Assembly: GCF_000619845.1 (NCBI RefSeq)
Contig: NZ_JHUX01000004.1
Location: 150,001-182,000 of the forward strand
Source: Alkanindiges illinoisensis DSM 15370
Lineage (GTDB): Bacteria; Pseudomonadota; Gammaproteobacteria; Pseudomonadales; Moraxellaceae
Direction of reading: 5' to 3'
Length of the DNA stretch: 32,000 nt
The notes beneath the pieces are model-generated. The model saw nothing but the letters and a program-made list of their open reading frames with translations, did no database searches and was not told the origin of the DNA. How positions within the stretch are numbered: the first letter of the stretch is position 1; every line of letters starts with the position of its first letter. Both the position numbers and the translations under genes were made by a program. Shown one piece after another: positions 8,551-16,080 of the stretch.

Positions 8551-8676
8551 ATGCAGGTTTTATCTTCCTTAAAAAGTGCCAAAAAACGCCATGCAGATTG
8601 TCAGGTGGTTCGTCGCCGTGGCAAGCTTTATGTGATTTGCAAAAGTAACCCGCGTTTTAAGGCACGGCAGGGTTAA
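8551..8676 (+). CDS. ykgO: 50S ribosomal protein L36 paralogue, cysteine-poor (C-minus, YkgO type)
   Basis: 41-codon ORF that is too short for the supplied track: [41 protein letters not shown]. It closely matches E. coli YkgO as I recall it ([41 protein letters not shown]...). It lacks the CxxC pair of Zn-binding canonical L36. Confidence 0.85.
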   Translation: MQVLSSLKSAKKRHADCQVVRRRGKLYVICKSNPRFKARQG

Positions 8677-8695
8677 AGCGTCAGTTGAAATGAGT

Positions 8696-8722
8696 AGCCC
8701 GCTTTTGAATACGGGCTGTTTG
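8696..8722 (+). terminator. Probable terminator of the L36 paralogue
   Basis: AGCCCG (8696-8701) / CGGGCT (8712-8717) form a 6-bp GC-rich stem with a 10-nt loop, followed by GTTTGAATTATT. Confidence 0.5.
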
Positions 8723-8765
8723 AATTATTGGTAATATAAAAACTAATCATTGCCAGATTTTGGAT

Positions 8766-10028
8766 TTAATGCCTAGGTTGCTTATCCAGTAGCTGCTTGT
8801 CCAGCGGCTGTTTATCGAGCTTTAGGGAAATCATCAGCATCACCAGCCCACCAATACTTAAGCCAACTCCTACCCATATTGGCGCAAGCCAGCCATAGCC
8901 AGCACTAATCACCATACTGCCCAGCCAGGCGCCCTGTGCATTGGCAATGTTAAAGGCTGAATGATTTAATGAAGCTGCCAGTGTTTGCGCCTGACCCGCC
9001 ACATCCATCAGCCGGGTTTGCAAAGCTGGCCCCAGTGCCATGCCGGTTGCACCCATTAAAAATAGCGCTATTAATGCACTGTAAAAATTTTGCATCATAA
9101 AAGGAGCAATGGCAAAAGCTGCAATCATGCTAAACACAATGCTGTATAGCGCTTTTTTCATGCCGCGATCAGCCAGCCAGCCGCCAACCAGACCGCCACT
9201 GACCATGCCTAGGCCCCACACGGCCAAGGCCACAGGCACATAGCGAATGCTGACCTGGGTATAATGGGTTAGCAAGGGTGACACAAAGGTATACACTGAA
9301 AATAATCCGCCAAAACCAATCGCGGCAATGCCCAGTGTTAGCCACATCTGGCGATTTTTTAAGCCTGCCAGTTCGGTTTGTATGCTGGCATCGGTAGCTA
9401 TGGCTATTTTGGGTAAGGTCACGGTAATGGCCAAAATGGTGAGTGCGCCAATTGCTGCGGCAAACACAAAGCCACTACGCCAGCCCAGATGCTGCCCCAG
9501 CCATGTGGCAAAGGGTACGCCAATCACGGTAGCAATGGTCAGGCCCAGCATCACATGCGCCACAGCCTGTGCGCGTCTGGCAGGCCCGGCCAGCGTAGCA
9601 GCCACCAGCGCCGCCACACCAAAATAAGCACCATGCGGCAAACCAGCAATAAAGCGCGAAATCACCAGACTATTAAAATCCGGTGCAAAGGCGGTGGCCG
9701 CATTGCCCACGGTAAAGAACAGCATCAGTGCCAGCAGCAAACCCTTGCGTGGCACGCGAGCACACATAATGGCAATGACTGGCGCGCCAACTACAACCCC
9801 GAGCGCATAGGCGCTAATCATGTGGCCTGCTACCGGCACCGTAACGCCAACACCTTGTGCAATTTCCTGAATCAGCCCCATTGCCACAAATTCAGTAGTA
9901 CCAATACCAAAACCACCCAGCGCCAGTGCGACAATCACCCACAGCAATGAATAACCAGAACGGTTGGAAGCAGAATTCATCAGTTGGGACGAATTTAAAC
10001 TCGACATAAAAGACTCAACATCAGACAA
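8766..10028 (-). CDS. MFS transporter, DHA1 (AraJ/YdhP/NepI-like) subfamily
   Basis: 420 aa with 12 predicted TM helices. GIGTTEFVAMGLIQEIAQGVGV...AGHMISAYALGVVVGAP is typical of the AraJ/YdhP group. The C-terminal tail has an LDKQP/LDKQL/LDKQP mini-repeat. Alternative starts at Met8 and Met17. Confidence 0.8.
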   Translation of the reverse strand: MSDVESFMSSLNSSQLMNSASNRSGYSLLWVIVALALGGFGIGTTEFVAMGLIQEIAQGVGVTVPVAGHMISAYALGVVVGAPVIAIMCARVPRKGLLLALMLFFTVGNAATAFAPDFNSLVISRFIAGLPHGAYFGVAALVAATLAGPARRAQAVAHVMLGLTIATVIGVPFATWLGQHLGWRSGFVFAAAIGALTILAITVTLPKIAIATDASIQTELAGLKNRQMWLTLGIAAIGFGGLFSVYTFVSPLLTHYTQVSIRYVPVALAVWGLGMVSGGLVGGWLADRGMKKALYSIVFSMIAAFAIAPFMMQNFYSALIALFLMGATGMALGPALQTRLMDVAGQAQTLAASLNHSAFNIANAQGAWLGSMVISAGYGWLAPIWVGVGLSIGGLVMLMISLKLDKQPLDKQLLDKQPRH

Positions 10029-10385
10029 GTGATTGCAGGACTAACAGGTTTGTATTAAGGGCTTAATTATAAGGCAACTGCTGGTTTAGAATCCCTGCAT
10101 TGTTTAACCAAACTACATTTTTTAGCCTAGAAATTAAAAATAGTTAACATTAGAACTTTAATGGGCTTTAGCAGCCTTAAACCCTTGGCTGGAAAAATTA
10201 CGATAAAGTAGCGATTTCTTCAAAAATTCATCATTATTTTTCAGCGCTTGGGTATATGATGCGCGCATTCATTGCATGGTTTTACTGGCTAACTGATTTG
10301 CAGTATTTTCAATCCTGATGCTCCTGGTTTTTCATTCACCTGCGCTATTGCAGCCTGGTGATTTTTGTCTTTTTGAGTGTGTCTT

Positions 10386-12395
10386 ATGACGCGGCTTTTA
10401 TCTTTTTTGTCGGTGGTGCTGTGTATTGCTTTTATTGTGCCCGGCTATGCCAAACCCATCGCTTCAAACCAGACTTCCAATAAATCATCTGTTGCCATGC
10501 CTGCCGAACTGACCATTATCGGCTACCATGAAATTGCAGCCCCGCAGCAAGCCCTGATTCCCGATTATGCTGTTACTCCGCAACAGTTTGAACAACAGGT
10601 GATCTGGCTAAAAAACCATGGTTTCCAGTTTGTTAGCATGGATGATGTGCTGGCAGCGCGTGCGGGTAAAAAGCCACTTCCGGCCAAGGCTGTGCTGCTG
10701 AGCTTTGATGACGGCTATGCGTCGTTTTATCAGCATGCCTATCCCCTGATCAAACACTACAAAATTCCGGTTGTCCTGGCACTAGTTGGCAACTGGCTAT
10801 TGCCACCAGAAAATCAACCGGTGGATTTTGATGGAAAGACCATTAGCCGCAACAGCATGTTTAGCTGGGCCCAATTGCGCGAAATGAGTGATAGCGGTCT
10901 GGTGGAAATTGCCAGCCACACTTATGACCTGCACGATGGGATTCTGGCCAATCCACAGGGCAATATGCAGCCTGCCGTTACTGCGCGCCTGTATGACCCG
11001 GCTACCAGAACCTATGAACCGGATCAGGCTTACCGGATGCGCCTGTACAATGATTTTAAGACCAACAATGATTTATTCATTAAACATGGCTTGAAAAAAC
11101 CACGGATTATGGTCTGGCCATATGGTCGCTATAATAATGATGCGCTGGACTTAGCCAGCCAGTTGGGTATGCCTATTACCTTTACACTGGATGACGGGCC
11201 AAATCTGCCGTCCACCCCGCTCTCGGTGTTGCGCCGCATTCTGGTAGACAGCAGCATGACGCCTGCTGATCTGGGCCATGAAATCAGCATTCGCGAGCAG
11301 CAGCTCACGGACAACAACCGTGCCCAGAAAATCATGCATGTGGATCTGGACTATATTTATGATCCAGGCCCGGAGCAACAGGAACGCAATCTGGGCCATT
11401 TGCTGGACCGGATTGCCGCCATGCATGTCAATACGGTTTACCTGCAAGCGTTTTCTGACCCAGATGCCAATGGCTCAGCCGATATGGTGTATTTTCCCAA
11501 CCGGCATTTGCCTATGCGGGCAGACCTGTTTAACCGGGTAGCGTGGCAAATCCGTACCCGCACACAAGTAAAACGCGTGTATGCGTGGATGCCTTTGCTG
11601 GCATGGGAACTGCCGGACAGTGACCCAGCCTCAAAAGATATTGTGGTCACGGAACAAGGCAAAAACAGCCAGCATTTGAATATGGGCTATCATCGCCTGT
11701 CGCCCTTTTCGGCACTGGCCCGGCAAACCATTAGCGAGATTTATCAGGATCTGGCCAAGTCTGTCCCGTTTGATGGCATCCTGTTTCATGATGATGTCAC
11801 CATGTCGGACTATGAAGATGCCAGTCCCAAGGCCAAAGCACAGTACCAAGCCTGGGGCCTGCCTGATGACTTGAGTGCCATTCGGGGTAATGATGCCCTG
11901 CTGCAAAAATGGACCGCGCTCAAAACCCAGACACTGGATGAATTTGCCCTGTCACTGGCGGCAGAGGTGCGCAAGCAGCAACCCTGCCTGCTGACGGCAC
12001 GCAACCTGTATGCACAGGTGGCCTTAAAAGCCTATGCAGAAAACTGGTATGCACAATCACTGGAAAACTCCCTGCGCGATTATGACTTTACTGCCATTAT
12101 GGCCATGCCTTATATGGAACAGGTCAAAGACCCTGATGCGTTTTATAGCAGTATCGTCAAGCGGGTCAAAAGCTATCCGCAAGGCCTGAAAAAAACTGTA
12201 TTTGAACTTCAGGCTACTGACTGGCGTAGCAATACACCTGTGTCCACGGACGAAATCGCCAACACCATTAGCAAGCTGTATTTACAAGGGGTACGCCACG
12301 TTGGCTATTATCCGGATGACCCGATCAAGGATCACCCGGACCCAGCCATTCTGCGCCGGGTATTTGACAGTAAAACCAGTGCAGCCCTGCCCTAA
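10386..12395 (+). CDS. pgaB: Poly-beta-1,6-N-acetyl-D-glucosamine N-deacetylase PgaB
   Basis: Collinear similarity to E. coli PgaB (672 aa) as I recall it. CE4 deacetylase blocks: KAVLLSFDDGYASFY, LVEIASHTYDLH, VWPYG. C-terminal glycoside-hydrolase-like domain: IMHVDLDYIYD, NTVYLQAFSDPD, FPNRHLPMRADLFNRVAWQ, YAWMPLLAW, HRLSPF, GILFHDD, SDYEDAS, TAIMAMPYME, GYYPDD. The start is ATG 10386 or GTG 10377, and TGA lies in frame at 10374. N-terminal signal peptide present. Confidence 0.93.
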   Translation: MTRLLSFLSVVLCIAFIVPGYAKPIASNQTSNKSSVAMPAELTIIGYHEIAAPQQALIPDYAVTPQQFEQQVIWLKNHGFQFVSMDDVLAARAGKKPLPAKAVLLSFDDGYASFYQHAYPLIKHYKIPVVLALVGNWLLPPENQPVDFDGKTISRNSMFSWAQLREMSDSGLVEIASHTYDLHDGILANPQGNMQPAVTARLYDPATRTYEPDQAYRMRLYNDFKTNNDLFIKHGLKKPRIMVWPYGRYNNDALDLASQLGMPITFTLDDGPNLPSTPLSVLRRILVDSSMTPADLGHEISIREQQLTDNNRAQKIMHVDLDYIYDPGPEQQERNLGHLLDRIAAMHVNTVYLQAFSDPDANGSADMVYFPNRHLPMRADLFNRVAWQIRTRTQVKRVYAWMPLLAWELPDSDPASKDIVVTEQGKNSQHLNMGYHRLSPFSALARQTISEIYQDLAKSVPFDGILFHDDVTMSDYEDASPKAKAQYQAWGLPDDLSAIRGNDALLQKWTALKTQTLDEFALSLAAEVRKQQPCLLTARNLYAQVALKAYAENWYAQSLENSLRDYDFTAIMAMPYMEQVKDPDAFYSSIVKRVKSYPQGLKKTVFELQATDWRSNTPVSTDEIANTISKLYLQGVRHVGYYPDDPIKDHPDPAILRRVFDSKTSAALP

Positions 12396-12408
12396 AAGGT
12401 AATGTCTA

Positions 12409-13677
12409 ATGCTTAGTCACCCTGAACACGTATGGCAGTTGCTGCTGGGTTTTGTATTTTTTTACCCTTTGTTCATGTCTTATTTATGGATGATGGGCGC
12501 GCTGTTGTTTTATCGACGCGAACGCAAGGAACCGCCATACCAGACGCCACCTGTACTGGAACAGCCCCCTGCGGTTAGTGTGCTGATTCCCTGCTTTAAC
12601 GAAGGTGATAATGCCGAAGAAACCATCCGGCATGCAATGGCGCTGCAATATCCGGATTTTGAAGTGATTGCCATTAATGATGGCAGCACCGACAATACCG
12701 CCGACGTGCTCAACCGGCTGGCAGGCCAATATGATAGGCTCAAGGTGGTGCATCTGGCGCGTAATCAGGGTAAAGCGATGGCACTCCAGGCTGGCAGTTT
12801 GCTGGCCAGAGCCGAGTACCTGATTGGTATTGATGGTGATGCCCTGCTTGACCCGCATGCAGTGCACTGGATGGTGCGCCATTTTGTCAAAGATCCAACC
12901 GTTGCGGCGGTAACTGGCAATCCGCGTATCCGCACCCGCACCACCCTGCTGGGCAAGATTCAGGTCGGTGAATTTTCGTCCATTGTGGGCATGATCAAGC
13001 GGGCGCAGCGCAGTTTTGGTCGCCTGTTTACCGTGTCAGGAGTGATTACTGCCTTTCGCAAAAGTGCCGTGCATGACGTGGGCTACTGGTCGGCTGATAT
13101 GCTGACCGAAGATATTGATATCACCTGGAAACTGCAACGCGCAGGCTGGGATATCCAGTTTGAACCCAATGCACTGGTTTGGATTCTCATGCCGGAAACC
13201 CTGAACGGCCTGTGGAAACAGCGCCTGCGCTGGGCTATGGGTGGTGCGCAGGTACTGCTGAAAAATCTGGATGTCTTTTTCAAGCCACAACAGAACTTCC
13301 TGTGGCCACTGATGCTGGAATTGTGCCTGTCGCTGGTGTGGTCATACCTGATGCTGCTGGTGGCTGTGCTGTGGTTACTGAGCTTTATCCTGCCGGTACA
13401 CACCTTGCCGATAGTAGGCTCGCCATTTGTGCCGCATGGTACGGGTGTATTTTTAGGGGCAACCTGCCTATTGCAATTTGCCTTAAGCAAATGGATGGAC
13501 AGCCGTTATGAGTCCCGCCTTGGTCGCAACTATTACTGGATGATCTGGTATCCACTGGTATTCTGGATGATTAATATTTGCTCTACCATTGTGGCCTTTC
13601 CTAAAGTATTATTACGCCGCGAAGGTAAACGGGCACGCTGGGTTAGCCCAGACCGTGGTGTTAGACCCCCTCAATAA
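12409..13677 (+). CDS. pgaC: PNAG synthase PgaC (family 2 glycosyltransferase), copy 1
   Basis: 422 aa starting 13 nt after the pgaB stop. GT2 and PgaC blocks: VLIPCFNE, AINDGSTD, NQGKA, IDGDALLD, VTGNPRIRTR, GKIQVGEFSSI, FTVSGVI, TEDIDITWKLQ, LWKQRLRWAMGG, and the C-terminal RARWVSPDRG. Confidence 0.93.
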   Translation: MLSHPEHVWQLLLGFVFFYPLFMSYLWMMGALLFYRRERKEPPYQTPPVLEQPPAVSVLIPCFNEGDNAEETIRHAMALQYPDFEVIAINDGSTDNTADVLNRLAGQYDRLKVVHLARNQGKAMALQAGSLLARAEYLIGIDGDALLDPHAVHWMVRHFVKDPTVAAVTGNPRIRTRTTLLGKIQVGEFSSIVGMIKRAQRSFGRLFTVSGVITAFRKSAVHDVGYWSADMLTEDIDITWKLQRAGWDIQFEPNALVWILMPETLNGLWKQRLRWAMGGAQVLLKNLDVFFKPQQNFLWPLMLELCLSLVWSYLMLLVAVLWLLSFILPVHTLPIVGSPFVPHGTGVFLGATCLLQFALSKWMDSRYESRLGRNYYWMIWYPLVFWMINICSTIVAFPKVLLRREGKRARWVSPDRGVRPPQ

Positions 13678-13683
13678 ATCATA

Positions 13684-14100
13684 GTGAATAGCATGAATCA
13701 CGCATTAATTATCGATGCCCGCCAGCAACTCCGCTGGCATCAGCGTTTATTTTCCGATACTTCAACCGCCATGATGTGGGGCATCTGGTTGCTGCTCTGG
13801 CGTCCTGTGCTGATTTTTACCTGGGTGATGAGTGTCAAGCATCCGGCGGCATTGTTGCATTTCCTCAACATGGCCAGTTTTGAGGATTATATGACCGCGC
13901 TGTTTTCCGCAGTGGCTGCCTTACTGTTGTGGAGTACGCTTCCCTCCCACAAGGTTAAAAATCCGGTAGCACGCACGCTTGACGACTATGCCAGTCACTT
14001 TGGTATCCAGCCTGAACAGATTGAAACAGGCCGCGCGCAAACCATTTGTGTGGTACACCATGATGATCAGGGCAGAATTATCCGCATTGAATCGACCTGA
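13684..14100 (+). CDS. pgaD: PNAG biosynthesis protein PgaD, copy 1
   Basis: 138 aa (E. coli PgaD is 137 aa), located immediately after pgaC. It has two TM helices, and the C-terminal segment YASHFGIQPEQIETGRAQTICVVHHDDQGRIIRI parallels E. coli YAESLAIPDE...MSVHFTSQGQIKMV. Start is GTG 13684 or ATG 13693. Confidence 0.75.
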   Translation: MNSMNHALIIDARQQLRWHQRLFSDTSTAMMWGIWLLLWRPVLIFTWVMSVKHPAALLHFLNMASFEDYMTALFSAVAALLLWSTLPSHKVKNPVARTLDDYASHFGIQPEQIETGRAQTICVVHHDDQGRIIRIEST

Positions 14101-14115
14101 TGCTTAAATAAACGT

Positions 14116-14146
14116 GTCCTGCTCTGCATGGGCAAGGCAGGATTTT
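14116..14146. terminator. Convergent-operon terminator between pgaD and pgaD'
   Basis: TCCTGC (14117-14122) / GCAGGA (14137-14142) form a stem with a 14-nt loop, followed by TTTT on the plus strand and CACGTTTATTT on the minus strand. A second, mutually exclusive hairpin, AAGGCAG (14134-14140) / CTGCCTT (14154-14160), overlaps its right arm. Confidence 0.5.
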
Positions 14147-14172
14147 AGTAAAGCTGCCTTATAGTTGCGCAT

Positions 14173-14712
14173 TCAGCTTTTCTTATCCGGTTGGGCTGCC
14201 TGCTCTAGCACAGGGAAAGCCATATTGACAATCTTGCCCTGTCGGTCATAAAAAAATAAATTGATCTGTGCGCCCTGTGCCTGCTCAACCATATGGGTTT
14301 CAAGCTCATAAAAGTGTGCCATGTCACTGGGCTGGACGTCCGGCATGGCATGGCGGCGCTCTTTATTATAAAAGCGCAGAATATTATACGACGCCCATGC
14401 CAGCAGCAGCAGTCCCAGAATCATGATCACCGCCACCAGACTGGTTAAATGCTGGGTAAAACCATGTTCATAATCATGAATAATGTACTGGTCAAACCGA
14501 TGCCAGCCAAACCACCATGCCAGCAGGCTCAGCAAGGGAATAAAGAGATACAGCCATACCATCGATCCTGCGGCTGCAAGCATGCCAAAAACGCCGCGTT
14601 GCGACCAGCTTTGCAAATCCGGACGGTCAATAAATGCTGGCAACACCACGTTTTCATGTTTAAAGTTTTTATCCAGAATCGTTTCAATGCCCATCTTGTT
14701 CTCACTGCCCAT
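14173..14712 (-). CDS. PgaD-like small 2-TM protein, copy 2 (N-terminally extended)
   Basis: 179 aa, directly downstream of pgaC'. It has two TM helices. The post-TM2 segment WASYNILRFYNKERR resembles E. coli PgaD WALYNKLRFQKQ, and the C-terminal AQINLFFYDRQGKIVNM resembles E. coli MSVHFTSQGQIKMV. A GGTGAGAG Shine-Dalgarno-like sequence precedes ATG 14712. Confidence 0.7.
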   Translation of the reverse strand: MGSENKMGIETILDKNFKHENVVLPAFIDRPDLQSWSQRGVFGMLAAAGSMVWLYLFIPLLSLLAWWFGWHRFDQYIIHDYEHGFTQHLTSLVAVIMILGLLLLAWASYNILRFYNKERRHAMPDVQPSDMAHFYELETHMVEQAQGAQINLFFYDRQGKIVNMAFPVLEQAAQPDKKS

Positions 14713-14763
14713 TTTTCTCTCACCTAAGCCAATTAAACGTTAAAATTTCAGTAAGTGGTAAGG

Positions 14764-16041
14764 TTAAACACTAATGCCACGGTCCGGACTTTCCCAACGG
14801 GCACGTTTTTTTGAGCGCTTGAGCAGGGCTTTGGGTAAGGCCACCACGGTGGTTAACATGGACAAAATCCAGTACAGCAATGGATACCAGATCACCCAGA
14901 TATAGTTGCGTAATATCCGGCCCTGATCATAGCGGCGGTCCATCCACAGGCTGATAAAAAACTGCACCAGACAGGTTACGCCCAGAAAAAGCCCATAGAC
15001 CTGCGGCAAAATGCTGGCCACATACCAGCTTTCCGGCAGGTCAACCACCAGGCCGCTAAAGTACAAAATAAAAATAATCAGCATGGCATACGACCAGCCC
15101 ACGCTAAGCAGGTATTCAAAGGCCACGCCCCAGAAACGGCGCGACTTCCAGTGAAACAGCGCCTTGCCATATTTAAGCAACACCTCAACCCCACCCTGTG
15201 CCCAGCGTAAGCGCTGGCTCCATAAGCCCTTCAGCGTTTCCGGCATATACAGGTAACACAATGCCTGCGCTTCGTAGCGGATATCCCAGTGATCCAGTTG
15301 CAGGCGCCATGAAATATCAATGTCCTCGGTCACAATGTTTTCACTCCAGTAGCCTACCCGGTGCAATGCGGTTTTACGGAATCCGGCAATGGCACCCGAT
15401 ACGGTAAAAATACGGCCATAGGTACGCTGTGCCCGCTTGATCAAGCCAATAATGGACGAAAATTCGCCAACCTGAATCTTGCCAAGCAAACTGGAACGGT
15501 TAATGATGCGTGGATTACCAGTCACTGCACCAACCCGTGGGCCACTTAGCAGGTGATCCATCATCCAGTGCACGGTATAGGGATGCAGCAAGGCGTCGCC
15601 ATCAATACACACCAGATATTCATGCTGACTAACCAGTGCGCCTGCCCGTAATGCAAATGCCTTGCCCTGATTATTGGTCAAATGCACGATCCGGATACGA
15701 GAGTCCTGTGCGGCCAGTTGCTCCACAATTTGCTCGGTCTGGTCGGTGCTACCATCATTAATCACAATGACTTCAATGTTGGGATAACGGGTGGCCAGTG
15801 CAAAACGGATGGTATCTGTAACATGCTGCTCTTCGTTATAGCAGGGAATTAAAATGCTACAGCCCGGCGCAGTCTGGTCAAATTTCGGCAAGGCAGGACG
15901 ATGCAGTTCGCGTCGCAAATAAAACCAGATGCCACCAATGATCCACAGCCAGGCCATCAGCAAGGGATAGTAAAACGCAAAGGCAAATAGCGCATTGCGC
16001 ACCGATAAATTTTGCAGCCAGTTCAGGGCATCAATAAACAT
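14764..16041 (-). CDS. PNAG-synthase-like GT2 PgaC, copy 2
   Basis: 425 aa with the same motif set as copy 1: ILIPCYNE, VINDGSTD, NQGKA, IDGDALLH, VTGNPRIINR, GKIQVGEFSSI, FTVSGAI, TEDIDISWRLQ, LWSQRLRWAQGG, RARWESPDRG. About 60% identical to copy 1 over the catalytic core by my hand alignment. Confidence 0.9.
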   Translation of the reverse strand: MFIDALNWLQNLSVRNALFAFAFYYPLLMAWLWIIGGIWFYLRRELHRPALPKFDQTAPGCSILIPCYNEEQHVTDTIRFALATRYPNIEVIVINDGSTDQTEQIVEQLAAQDSRIRIVHLTNNQGKAFALRAGALVSQHEYLVCIDGDALLHPYTVHWMMDHLLSGPRVGAVTGNPRIINRSSLLGKIQVGEFSSIIGLIKRAQRTYGRIFTVSGAIAGFRKTALHRVGYWSENIVTEDIDISWRLQLDHWDIRYEAQALCYLYMPETLKGLWSQRLRWAQGGVEVLLKYGKALFHWKSRRFWGVAFEYLLSVGWSYAMLIIFILYFSGLVVDLPESWYVASILPQVYGLFLGVTCLVQFFISLWMDRRYDQGRILRNYIWVIWYPLLYWILSMLTTVVALPKALLKRSKKRARWESPDRGISV

Positions 16042-16080
16042 GCTTCATACTCGATAAATGGTTTTTATTGTGGTTATTCA

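Noticed and set aside
8766-8830. Three imperfect 15-bp tandem units encoding LDKQP/LDKQL/LDKQP at the MFS C terminus
   Set aside because: It is a short in-frame coding micro-repeat in a cytoplasmic tail. It has no spacer structure (so it is not CRISPR), and nothing indicates phase variation because the unit length is a multiple of 3.
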